Origin: Mobula hypostoma
Taxonomy: Eukaryota
Assembly: GCF_963921235.1 (NCBI RefSeq)
Contig: NC_086108.1
Coordinates: 74,154,001-74,218,000, forward strand
Length of the DNA stretch: 64,000 nt
Direction of reading: 5' to 3'
The notes under the pieces were generated by a model. It did not search any database. It saw only the letters and a list, made by a program, of their open reading frames with translations, and had not been told where the DNA came from. A program made the position numbers and the translations under genes. Positions 48,501-57,178 of this stretch are shown one piece after another (position 1 is the stretch's first letter; every line of letters begins with the position of its first letter).

Positions 48501-49863
48501 CCACCAGCCGGCTAATATGGATAAAGGAGTCCATTCATTTCATGAGATCCATGCCAGGTGAGCAATCCCAGTAGTACGAATCTCCCCCTTATTTCCTTGT
48601 ACATTATTGTTTCTTCCACAAGCCCATCAACTTTCTTTTGATTCTTTCTGTCATTAACCTACACTGAGGTAATCTATAGTAACCAATCAATTTACCAGCA
48701 TGTCTTTGCAATATTGGAGGAAACTGAACGAATCCCACATGGTCACATGAAAAACACACAAAGCACACTGAGGTCATGATGGATCCTGAGCCCTTGGAAC
48801 TGACAAAAAGTAGCAGTGACTACACCACTGTGCCAGCCTCATACATGATAAAGACCAGAGTTCAATCCGTTGTTACTTTACTGTATTGAATGGCATCAGC
48901 AGGAGATTGGAATGGTCAGTACTGCGCATTTTATGCCCCAGCTATTGTAAAATGACCTTCCTGCCCATTGTAGACAATATGCTGCTTGGTTAAGTATTTG
49001 GGGTTTGTTAGAGATTTTACTTATTGCACTCAAATAAACATATGTTTTAGTTTTATGAATGGGGTTGTGTTTTCATCTACACTCCTTGTTCTTTTGAACA
49101 GAACGACTAGGGGGATTTGATGGTCAAGCATAACATTTTTGGCTGTAATCAATTTGACACTGGGATTTTTTTCCTGTATGTAGGATGAATGCATTTAGAT
49201 ATTCACCTAATCTTAAAAATGATGGCAGGGGAATACCCATACAAACCTAACCTGGCACTCCACTTACTTAGACTGAAAGCAATGGGTGTGAAATGTTGAA
49301 CCATCTGACTCACTTGGGAGCATTGCCAGTAAACGCACTGCCTTTATGTTCTTCCATTCACCTGGCATTTTGAACTGCTAATGATTTTGCATGCAGGAAG
49401 TCTAGATAGAATTTTGATTTTTCCTTTTGCCTTAATGACTAATTTCAAAATGAAAAACAATTATCAATATAATTGAAAAAATGAAACCTTTCTGAAAATT
49501 AGAAATGTGATTACTGTTGTAAATTTCTAAAGTAACACCATGACAATATCTGATAAAATACATACATGCAGGAAATTTGCCTAACTTTATGAATTCAGAT
49601 TTCCCTTTTTTTGTTCTCTTTTCCCATTTCTTTTTCAGGAGAAGTGGTTTGAGGTTTCTTCTATGAAAGTAGCAAGAGCAGGTGTTTCAGCCATTGCTGT
49701 TAACGGGCTGCTTTATGCAGCGGGTGGTCGAACGTCAGGCCGAGATTCCTCAGCTCCTGTTACTCTGGACTCCGTAGAAGTGTATGATCCTCATACTGAC
49801 ACTTGGATGGAAATCGGGAACATGATAACCAGCCGCTGTGATGGGGGTGTAGCAGTGCTTTGA
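27202..49863 (+). CDS. IPP: Actin-binding protein IPP (KLHL27), BTB-BACK-6xKelch, 592 aa: join(27202..27517,29080..29511,40069..40224,44777..44944,46241..46378,47026..47148,47516..47736,49639..49863)
   Basis: Exons total 1779 nt, stay in frame and are all GT-AG. Diagnostic IPP peptides: HRLVLAASSPYF, GGYTRLQGGRWSDSR.LSCVERFD, DSMIFDCTE.YDPVTKQW, EIGNMITSRC.GGVAVL*. Confidence 0.97.
28270..28505 (-). mobile_element. Rex1/Babar-like 3' end (same family as 4813-5300)
   Basis: Shared (GATA)n tail and ...ggaaattgcagtgtcacagt...gactcattatagagccta... sequence. Confidence 0.7.
28772..28975. mobile_element. Older head-to-head dimer of the Penelope-derived repeat
   Basis: acacaaaatgctggaggaactcagca... 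is followed by its diverged reverse complement ...tgctgagtttctccagcattttgtgt; the junction lies within the hammerhead remnant. Confidence 0.75.
29080..29511 (+). CDS. IPP: IPP coding exon 2 (BTB end, BACK; 432 nt)
   Basis: ccgcag|GT GTC ATC...ATT GAA G|gtattg. Confidence 0.97.
30045..30980 (+). mobile_element. Rex1/Babar-like LINE 3' part
   Basis: Remnants KFADD, KTKELIVDFRK, FKFLGV, RFRNSFFPSAIR; tail aataaacctgattctgattc. Confidence 0.85.
31102..31235 (-). mobile_element. Penelope-derived short repeat, degenerate hammerhead
   Basis: tctgcagatgctggaaatcc...gacgttttgggctgagacctttcttcaag. Confidence 0.75.
31236..32365 (+). mobile_element. Rex1/Babar-like LINE 3' part
   Basis: ORF 31313-31600 (SAFN.I....I.KL...LCNWILDFLT) and 31993-32193; tail gattctgattc. 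Confidence 0.85.
32366..33222 (+). mobile_element. CR1 3' fragment interrupted by an opposite-strand young CR1 tail (32757-33050)
   Basis: LYKTLVRPHLEYC remnant with (TTCTATG) tail; the inner copy has an (ACATAGAA)n end and ORF 32855-33094. Confidence 0.85.
33450..33872 (-). mobile_element. Probable RTE-related non-autonomous element inserted in a Penelope-derived repeat
   Basis: Resembles RTE 5' UTR sequence by eye; flanked by ATCTGTGGAAA / ATCTGTAGAAA. Confidence 0.4.
34125..34725 (+). mobile_element. Rex1/Babar-like LINE 3' part
   Basis: ORF 34320-34517 (RKATSIIKNPHHPGHALFSLLPSG); same family as 30045-30980. Confidence 0.85.
35143..35644. mobile_element. Tc1/mariner-type MITE with self-palindromic termini of about 70 bp
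   Basis: Four copies of CAG(A/T)ACTGTGCAAAAGTCTTAGGCAC in alternating orientation (35143-35214, 35578-35644); TA flanks three of the four ends. Confidence 0.8.
36785..37032 (-). mobile_element. tRNA-derived V-SINE (HE1-like)
   Basis: Minus-strand head ggtagcataggagttagc; central gggtttctccaggtgctctagtttc...aattggccattgtaaattgtcc; CR1-like tail. Confidence 0.65.
37312..38135 (+). mobile_element. Rex1/Babar-like LINE 3' part
   Basis: ORFs 37271-37546 (WCQANNLFLNVNKTKE) and 37278-37751 (FYGCSVESIL.CC.TVWY). Confidence 0.85.
38168..39032 (-). mobile_element. CR1 3' fragment containing a nested short CR1 tail (about 38538-38610)
   Basis: ORFs 38752-38958 (VRPHLEYCVQFWSPY) and 38519-38713. Confidence 0.85.
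39080..39460 (+). mobile_element. Rex1/Babar-like LINE 3' end
   Basis: ORF 39055-39276 (KKAASIIKD..HPG..LFSLLPS.RRYRSL...RFRNSFFPSAIR). Confidence 0.85.
40069..40224 (+). CDS. IPP: IPP coding exon 3 (156 nt)
   Basis: caccag|GC ATT TCT GAT...GCC ATA G|gttacc; ISDFSLRVALQKLL...IRPRRKARKFLYAI. Absent from the ORF track. Confidence 0.95.
   Translation, partial: AFLILVYELLCKSCWRNTGKSLNLRKRSSLEKCLLHQRFVLGGKPGSSSMP
40845..43580 (-). mobile_element. Older CR1 split by a younger CR1 (inner copy about 41966-43076)
   Basis: The inner copy carries open ORF 42056-43129. The host resumes across duplicated ATAACC (compare the uninterrupted homologous site near 62741-62765). Confidence 0.9.
44777..44944 (+). 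CDS. IPP: IPP coding exon 4 (Kelch; 168 nt)
   Basis: tgcaag|GT GGT TAC...GGT G|gtaagt. Confidence 0.96.
46241..46378 (+). CDS. IPP: IPP coding exon 5 (Kelch; 138 nt)
   Basis: tttaag|GT GAA AGT GAT TCC...GCG CTA G|gtaaga; ESDSMIFDCTERYDPVTKQW. Confidence 0.95.
47026..47148 (+). CDS. IPP: IPP coding exon 6 (Kelch; 123 nt)
   Basis: ttacag|GA GGT TGG GTT...ATG CAA G|gtatgg; GWVGADIGKTMERFDPSENKWEVVG. Confidence 0.95.
47516..47736 (+). CDS. IPP: IPP coding exon 7 (Kelch; 221 nt)
   Basis: ccacag|GC TTC ATT TAT...CAG GAG|gtgagt. Confidence 0.96.
48287..48514 (-). mobile_element. tRNA-derived SINE with 14-bp TSD
   Basis: Minus strand A-box TGGCGTAGTGG and B-box GTTCGAACC, with a TC-rich tail. ATATGGATA(T/A)AGGA occurs at 48273-48286 and 48515-48528. 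Confidence 0.8.
48530..48835 (-). mobile_element. Degraded V-SINE
   Basis: V-domain-like ...gcatgtctttg...ggaggaaactg...cccacatggtcac... and a tRNA-like head remnant. Confidence 0.55.
49639..49863 (+). CDS. IPP: IPP last coding exon
   Basis: tttcag|GAG AAG TGG...GTG CTT TGA. Confidence 0.96.
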   Translation, partial: EKWFEVSSMKVARAGVSAIAVNGLLYAAGGRTSGRDSSAPVTLDSVEVYDPHTDTWMEIGNMITSRCDGGVAVL

Positions 49864-50915
49864 CTATTGATGACTTCCTAAGATTCTAAGAAAACTGTCA
49901 CAGAATGCAAAAGATTGTGACATCTTGAATTGTCATCGTCTTTCTCTATGGAGACGAAGGAAATTTTCATGAGTTTACATAGCTACTTAACGCAGTCTTG
50001 AGTCAGTGTCGTAAAACCTAAAATGTAGGCACTGTAGGCGAGCTCCTCCTTCAATTGAGTTGTGGCTGCTCTACTACCTCACCTGTTCTCTATTCCTAAT
50101 TACTTCAGTATTTATAAGTATTTCGATTCCTGTCTTAAATATTATCAGTGATTGAACTTACACTGCTCACAAGAATGAGAGAATGGCATTTATTTAAAAC
50201 CATTTGGAGGGAGAAGTTATATTTGCTGCAATGTAAAATAAAGCTGCCACTCACTACTTGCACAAATATACATGAGACAATGTCATCATCTGTTTCAGAG
50301 AAACTAAATGCAGGATGAATGTTGGCCAGAAAAATTTTCTTTGAAATGGTGTCATAAAGGAACTTCAAAAAATGAAGCAATGGAATAGCAGCCTGGATTG
50401 ATATAATCCAGAATTTGGAGTGGAATTTAAATGCTTTAGTCTCCCGAATGAGGCACACATTGGCAATCAACTAACACAGTTGCCGCAAATCGAACTTTGA
50501 TCAAACAATTAATTCTAATTTAATACTAGAAGTTGAAGTACAGGAAAAACTTGAAGCATTATTCTTTGTACAACCTTTAATTTATAGCGTATTGTTATGT
50601 TAATGTTTTGAGTGAAGTTTTCAGAAGATCACAGATGCAGCACATAAACACGCCCTTCAATCCACTGAGTCTGTGCAGACTGTCAACCACTCACTTGCAC
50701 TAATCCTACATTAAGCCCCACGCATCTGAGTGCATTTTTTAAAAAGTCGGGGCACATTCAGTGATCTAACTGAGCCAGTGCCTTATAGTGATTTCCTGTA
50801 TCCACATTATATTTGGAGATGATTTTGATGTTTATTATAACCTTACTGTACACAGCTGCATTGTGAATTTAATGGATGGATTAGTATTAACTGGCAGTCT
50901 TTTGTATTTTTTTTT

Positions 50916-50930
50916 AATAAATGTATTAAA
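50916..50930 (+). terminator. Candidate IPP polyadenylation signal
   Basis: AATAAA followed by ATTAAA after a T-rich stretch, about 1.05 kb past the stop; GT-rich sequence lies downstream. Confidence 0.45.
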
Positions 50931-51799
50931 CCGTATTTATTTGCTTTGCATTTATAGGTCTAGAAGTACAAAGTAGTGCTGTTTGATTGTATTGAAAACT
51001 ATTGAATTGAAGGAAATTTATAGATTGTGGGACTATATTTCATGATTGTTTTTCAATCATCCTATAAGCCAAACCTCTCTATCCTTGCCATCCTGTGGTC
51101 TTGTAACCCCAAATGGTACCTCTGATGTTCCAGTTCTGGCTTCTTCATCACTCCTGAATTTAAGTGGTCTATCAGTACTTGCTACGTCTTCATCTAACTT
51201 AGTTAATTCCATTTGTGACAACAATTGACAAGACTGAGGAGGTTCAGTTTATGTAGCTGACAGTGCCACGGCAAACTGAAAATCATTGCATATTATTGAA
51301 AATCTTCTGCGTTACTGTTTGTACAAACACCCCAAATGAGGAGGCAATGGCCTTACTTTGATATTTAACTTCTATGTCAAAGAAACTGCACTTTTCTAAA
51401 CAACTGAAGAACAGTTTTACACTTGTTAAACATTTTGAATTTACTCTCATCGATCACCTTAATAAACGTACTTGTGTCCATGACAAAATGGCACATAGAA
51501 CAGTACAGTACAGCACAGGGCAGGCTGTTCAGCCCACAAGGCCAATCTAAACCTCTCCTACCTGTTTCCACAGGCTCTTTCTCCCTCTATTTCCTGGCTG
51601 TTTGTATATCTCTCTAAATTTTCATTTAACATTATGATATCTGTTTCTACCACTTTCCTTGGTATTGTGTTCCAGGTACCTACTACCTCTTTATGTATAA
51701 AAAAAAGGAACCTGGCTCCCAAATGTCAATTAAACTTTCCCCCTCTCACCAAAATATCTGGCATTTCCATCCTGGGAAAGACTTATCTACCCAATCTAC

Positions 51800-52395
51800 A
51801 TCCCGTAGTCACTATAAGGTACACCTGCTCATTAATGCAAATATCTAATCAGTCAATCGTGGCAGAACTCAAATCATAAAAGGATGCATACATAGTTAAG
51901 CAGTTCAGTTGGTGTCCAGATCAAACATCATAGTGGGGACGAAATTTGATCTAAATGACTAACCGTGGAATGATTGTCCATGCCAGACAGGGTGAATTGA
52001 GTATCTCAGAAACTGCTGACCTCCTGAGATTTTCATGCACAACAGTCTCTGGAGCAGGGATTCCCAAACTGGGGTCCACAGACTCCTCAGTTAATGGTAG
52101 GGGTCCATGGCATAAAATAATGCTTGGGAACCCCTGCCCGAAAGCTTGCAGAGAGTGATGCAAAATACAAAAAAAAACAGCCAGTGAGCTGCAGTTCTGT
52201 GGGTGAAAATGCCTTGTTAGCCAGAGAGATCAATGGAAGACTGGTTCAAGCTGACTGGAAAGTGAGAATAACTCCAATAACCACGTGTTACAACAGTGGT
52301 TTGCAGAAGAGCATTTTCCAAATCTACAACATGTTGATTCTTTAAGTGGATGAGCAACAGCAGCAGAAGACCACAAACTCACACTCAATGGATTT
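51800..52395 (+). mobile_element. Tc1-like transposon remnant
   Basis: ORF 51955 RGMIVHARQGELSISETADLLRFSCTTVS is a Tc1 transposase N-terminal HTH remnant. Confidence 0.75.
52055..52136. mobile_element. 82-bp hAT (Charlie-type) MITE nested in the Tc1 remnant
   Basis: TIRs CAGGGATTCCCAA / TTGGGAACCCCTG; inserted at CTCTGGAG (NTCTAGAN-like site); right TSD degenerate. Confidence 0.7.
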
Positions 52396-53150
52396 AAATA
52401 CCATATCAGACTGAGGCTCAGCCTAAATGAACAGACAAATCTGGTTAGAAATAAACTAGTATACATATGGTTTTGTGAACAAAAATTATTTGGAGTAAAT
52501 ACAAGCTTTGAAATGCAAAACACACAAGAACGTTTATGGGTTGTAGTCCTGTGCTTTGCTGGTAGGATGATGTTTCCTGGCACATGATTTCCCAGTTGAC
52601 AAGTGGAAAATCTTGCAGAAGCAGGAGCATCTCATTTATCTGCCATCATCTCTCAACATGAACAATTATGCTAAATTTATAGGTTTCTGACTGCAAAACT
52701 GCTTTTAAACTATCAGCAAGATTATAGCATTGTATGTCTTTAATGTATCTTTAGATACTGATATACAAATATTGGCCAAACCTTAATGTTATATATAGTT
52801 TGCATAAATAATTGGCTTTAACCCAACATATGGATTGTGGCCAGTAAAAGACACCAATGGATGCTCTTAAACAACAAAAATTTCTTTAACCTAAAGACTT
52901 AAAGTTGATTTCCTATTTAAATTATCACCAATACTTGTAACAATGTCAGAAAAAGGACTCAAACTAAAAAAAGGGATATAATGAATGTTAATCAAAAGAC
53001 TCTTACAAATAATATAACTGAATTAATTGTTAATCATCACATTTGGTTTTCTCCACACACAATCAGTTTGAATTAAAATGACGATGTTGTCCACTGTTAC
53101 GCAATTTGAAGAGCTCATAAAATCGCTTTCCTTTAACATCGTTTTCCCAT

Positions 53151-53849
53151 TTAAACTAACTTTTTCTCAGGATATGTACTTTTTATTATTATTGAAGCAA
53201 CCAAAGAGAACGTTGCTATCACAGTCAACAGAGTTCGAAGTGCTCTGAGCCAACTGGGATAACCTGGGAGTAAATTTAAGTCATAATGTAATGCTATACC
53301 AAGACCCATGATAATCATAATTGCAGCCTCACTGAAATTGTCATGAAAGAGTAGGGCTATCCAGGCAAATAAGGAAGGAACCACACTATTTCCCAGATTC
53401 AGCCAGTCAGGTTTTGCAGGGCTGTTTTCTGGAATTGAAAATCCCCATCGTGCTCCTCCAAGGAATGAGAGTATTGCTGCTCCGTATGCCATTTGGGCAA
53501 AAGCTAGTTCAGGGAAATACGTTTCTGAAATAGCCATGAAAAGAGGAGCAGAGACAAAAGGAATTAATCCACCAAAACCAAGATAGAGAGCAGGTTTGGG
53601 AGTGTTCTTCAGTTCTTTAAAGTCATACCTTAACAAGTCTAATTCACGTTTCTCTGGTTCCTCTACTTTCTTCATCTTGGATGCTGGAGAGGACAGATAA
53701 AACGAGCTGGTCTGAATCAAAAAAGGTGCAGATTTTTGCAGGTATTTCATGCTTTGCTGCAAGGTAATTCTTTGCATATAAGGGATCGATAAACAATGAG
53801 AAGTAAATTTTCGTGATTCATGTAGAAACAGTGATGTCAATTTCTGAAT
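53151..53849 (-). CDS. TMEM69: TMEM69 main coding exon
   Basis: ORF 53151-53840 extended by 3 codons to the acceptor; multiple hydrophobic helices. Confidence 0.96.
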   Translation of the reverse strand: MQKLTSLFLHESRKFTSHCLSIPYMQRITLQQSMKYLQKSAPFLIQTSSFYLSSPASKMKKVEEPEKRELDLLRYDFKELKNTPKPALYLGFGGLIPFVSAPLFMAISETYFPELAFAQMAYGAAILSFLGGARWGFSIPENSPAKPDWLNLGNSVVPSLFAWIALLFHDNFSEAAIMIIMGLGIALHYDLNLLPGYPSWLRALRTLLTVIATFSLVASIIIKSTYPEKKLV

Positions 53850-54831
53850 CTGGAATACAAAGTATAAATGATTAAAGAAATAGTATGTGTGGTCGATTTA
53901 GCATCAGAGTTTGTTTTAGTTACAACATGCATAAAAACATTTCTAAAATTCGAAGCATATTGTTATCACTATATATTTTTTTAAATCCCACTCTTTCTCA
54001 AACTCAGTTTGCAAAAATACCATTCTTTTCTGAATGAGAAATACAAAGAACTTTACAAAATTAAAAACCACTTAAAATCATTTCCCCACATGAAATAGTT
54101 CAGGACTATTTCGGCAGTTGGCTGTAATTTAATTAAATTTCATAGGACTGAATTAAAAGATATATTCAGTTTTGGTTTGGTCTGTTGGATAATTCATAAA
54201 CATAAAAAAGTTATTAAACTACATAGGAAGTGTTGTTTCTATGAACTTCAAAATCGTAAGTTTAGATTGCTGTATATACTGGCCACATCCATTTGCAAAC
54301 GTGGAACAGGTATTTCCTTCAGTCCAACAATGAACAATTTGTTTCCAATGATTGCACTTCTACAGCCACATCTGCCAAATCAAATGGCAAATTACACCTC
54401 TGGAACATAGTTCCAAAGTTAGGCAACTTTGCCAACGATCCTACTGTCCAGTATATTTATTCAGCAACTTACATTTTCTGTAGTTTCAATTCTGTTGATA
54501 TTTCTCCCAGCTAGTCTCATCCTAGCATATTTTATTGGTTAGTAAATGCCTTAATATTATATTAAATTTGAATAAGTATTTCAGGTTCTTATCTTTCAAT
54601 AATACCCTTACCAATAATGATAAATTACAGAATTCCAAATATTCTCAATTATGCCTCTGCAATTGTATAATTACCACCATCTTTTTCTACTGCATTATTA
54701 CTGGAAAAATAACATGTTTTAACATTCCTCTGAAATCTAGTCAGTGTAGTGGTGAAATTTCCATGCTTGAAATGCTTAACACTTACCTTCTTGTTAGTTT
54801 GAAAGCAACTCCGCATCAAAAAAGCATACAT
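53151..54831 (-). CDS. TMEM69: Transmembrane protein 69 (DUF3429), 247 aa: complement(join(53151..53849,54787..54831))
   Basis: Short exon MYAFLMRSCFQTNKK|gtaagt is spliced in phase 0 to ttccag|IQKLTSLF... Conserved PKPAL...GLIPFV, AFAQMAYGAAILSFLGGARWGF, SPAKPD, LLPGYPSW. Same two-coding-exon layout and IPP neighbour as recalled for human. Confidence 0.95.
54787..54831 (-). CDS. TMEM69: TMEM69 first coding exon (15 codons; acceptor near 54848)
   Basis: tttctgcag|gcatccaggactcaatATG...AAG|gtaagt. The basic, non-acidic N-terminus is compatible with a mitochondrial presequence. Confidence 0.85.
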
Positions 54832-57178
54832 ATTGAGTCCTGGATGCCTGCAGAAATGAAATCAAATCTTCATCTGTCTCTGCATTTGAATATTATTATT
54901 CTCCAGTTAAAAAGAAAGATGGTTAGAAAATTAAATGGAGTGGGTTCATAATTATTGGTAATAAGAATTAACTCGATGGATTCCTGTAGCTTTAAACACT
55001 TTGATTTTGGATTACTGATGTTACTGTATGTTTCTATAAATAAAACTTAGCTTCCTTTGGCCCAATGGCTCCTGAGCTCACCCTATTTGCCTGCATTTGG
55101 TCTGTATTCTTCTAAACCAGTGGTTCCAAAAGGGGGCGATATCACCCTGCTTGGGGGGGGGGGGCAGGGATTGATAAAGATAAAGGGTCCAGTGAGGGGG
55201 GCACTCGTAGCAAGGAGGGTAGCTAATTTAATTTAAGAAATTAGTTCCTTATTTTAAGTATTTGATCCTCAGTGCCTCATAAATAACTACAATGTTCATG
55301 TAATCATCTCATCTCTTGCTAACCCACTGTTCTCTGAGACTTTGCTCAAAACGCATTATAGTTGTTGAAAAGCAATGTGACACTTCTGTATTTGGCATAT
55401 CATGGGAAATCTGGACCGAAGAAATCATTCTACTTCTGGGCTGGGCCCGCACATTATTGCTGTTCACCACTGTAGTACAGTGTCAACTAGAACGATTTCC
55501 ATACCAAATCACACAGTGACATAACTCCTGTAATTTAGGGTATGGCATTCAATGGGATAAAGTTCAGAATCTGTCCTTTCAGTTGGTCTTGACCACATCT
55601 GAAGGCTTCTTGAATATTTGAAGAGAATACACTCTGATAAAGCAAACAAAAACTTGGCTTATTTTCAGTCACTTTGTGAAAACTTTCAGATTCAGAAGTC
55701 ACTTCAAAACATAACAATGATGATTTGTGTGCTTCATACAACATTTCAATTTCGTTGCTAAATATGGAAAATCCCATACAATTGAAGAACCGATTCTACC
55801 GGCAGTAAGGGAGGTTCTGAGTATGGTTTTGCAAAAGTCACCAGACCAAATAATTAAAGCGATTCCACTCAGCGACAACTCTGTTCAACGATGAATAATG
55901 AAATACCTGAGAATGTGGAAAACACATTGTGCACCATATTTAGGACAACAGAATTTGCTCTGCAGTTGGATGAGCCAACTTTGCCAGGGAACAAATCTTC
56001 ACTTCTTGGTTACTCTTGCTTCATAAAAGATGAAAGCATGATTCAAGAGTTGTTATTTGCAAGGAGACAAGAAACTGATACAGAGGGGGAGTCAAGATTT
56101 CGGGTTGTTAAACAAATTTTCAAAGAGGAGGATATTCCTCTCACCAGCATTCTTATCATTAATGGTTTCTCATTGGTTGCACAAACAAGACACCACCGTG
56201 GGGTTATTACTTTCTTGAAAACAGTTGTATCTAACATATTTACCATTCCGTGTAATTCACAGACTACACTGTGTCGCAAAAATCCTAAGTGATCAGTTAC
56301 ACAAATCATTAAATACTGTTATCACAGTGGTAATTAGAATCAAGACCTATGCTCTCATTCTTGACTATTTTGAGAGCTTTGTACTGAAAATGATGAACTG
56401 TTTGCATGCTTGCTGTGGCACACGGAAGTCAGATGGCTCTCAAAAAGGAAAAGGAGCTGCATTTTTTGAAACTATAATAAAATTCTTTGAAGACTTGAAT
56501 GAATTCAGTCTTCAATTGCAAGGATACAATGTGAATTTTATCAAAGTCAAATCAGTTGTCTCCACATTTCTGTCTCAGTTAACCCTATTTAAGTGCAACA
56601 TTGGTCATTGCAACCCTTGCCAATTTCTGAGCCTCTCTGAGTTGTAAGAGAAAAAAAATACCAAATGATGATCTTGAAGTATACTGTGCCCGCCTGGGTG
56701 AGCTGCATAAAGACAAATAAGAGAGATATCAGGATCTTCTCTCAATCTAAATTCCAGATTGAGTAAAAAAAATCCCATTCTCAACACTTGAAATGAAAAA
56801 TTAACAGGAAGGAATGAGGGAGAACCAATCTCACTACAAAATGACATTGAGCTGAATCAGAGGTTCAAAAACTCATCTCAAGACTTTTGGTTGCAGAAAG
56901 AAATCTCTGAACTATCCTACACTGTGGAAAAAGGTCAAAATGTTTCCTATTGCCTTTCTAACAACGTATTTAGTTGAACCCAGTTCCAGTGCAGTCACTC
57001 AACTTCTTGCAAAGCAACAAAACAAACCACAAATTACTGAACATAGGGATATGAGACTCTTGGGTAGCATTGCACCTGATGTTAAAACATAGAAACATAG
57101 AAAATAGGTGCAGGAGTAGGCCATTTGGCCCTCTGAGCCTGCACCACCATTTATTATGATCATGGCTGATCATCCAAC

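Noticed and set aside
48430..48514. tRNA gene (Arg-TCG-like loop)
   Set aside because: Anticodon and T stems do not pair, and the sequence is the head of a TSD-flanked SINE.
55500..57083. Domesticated ZBED5/SCAND3-like host gene
   Set aside because: Multiple stops and frameshifts, TIRs and TSD present, and interrupted by a CR1; this is a dead transposon.
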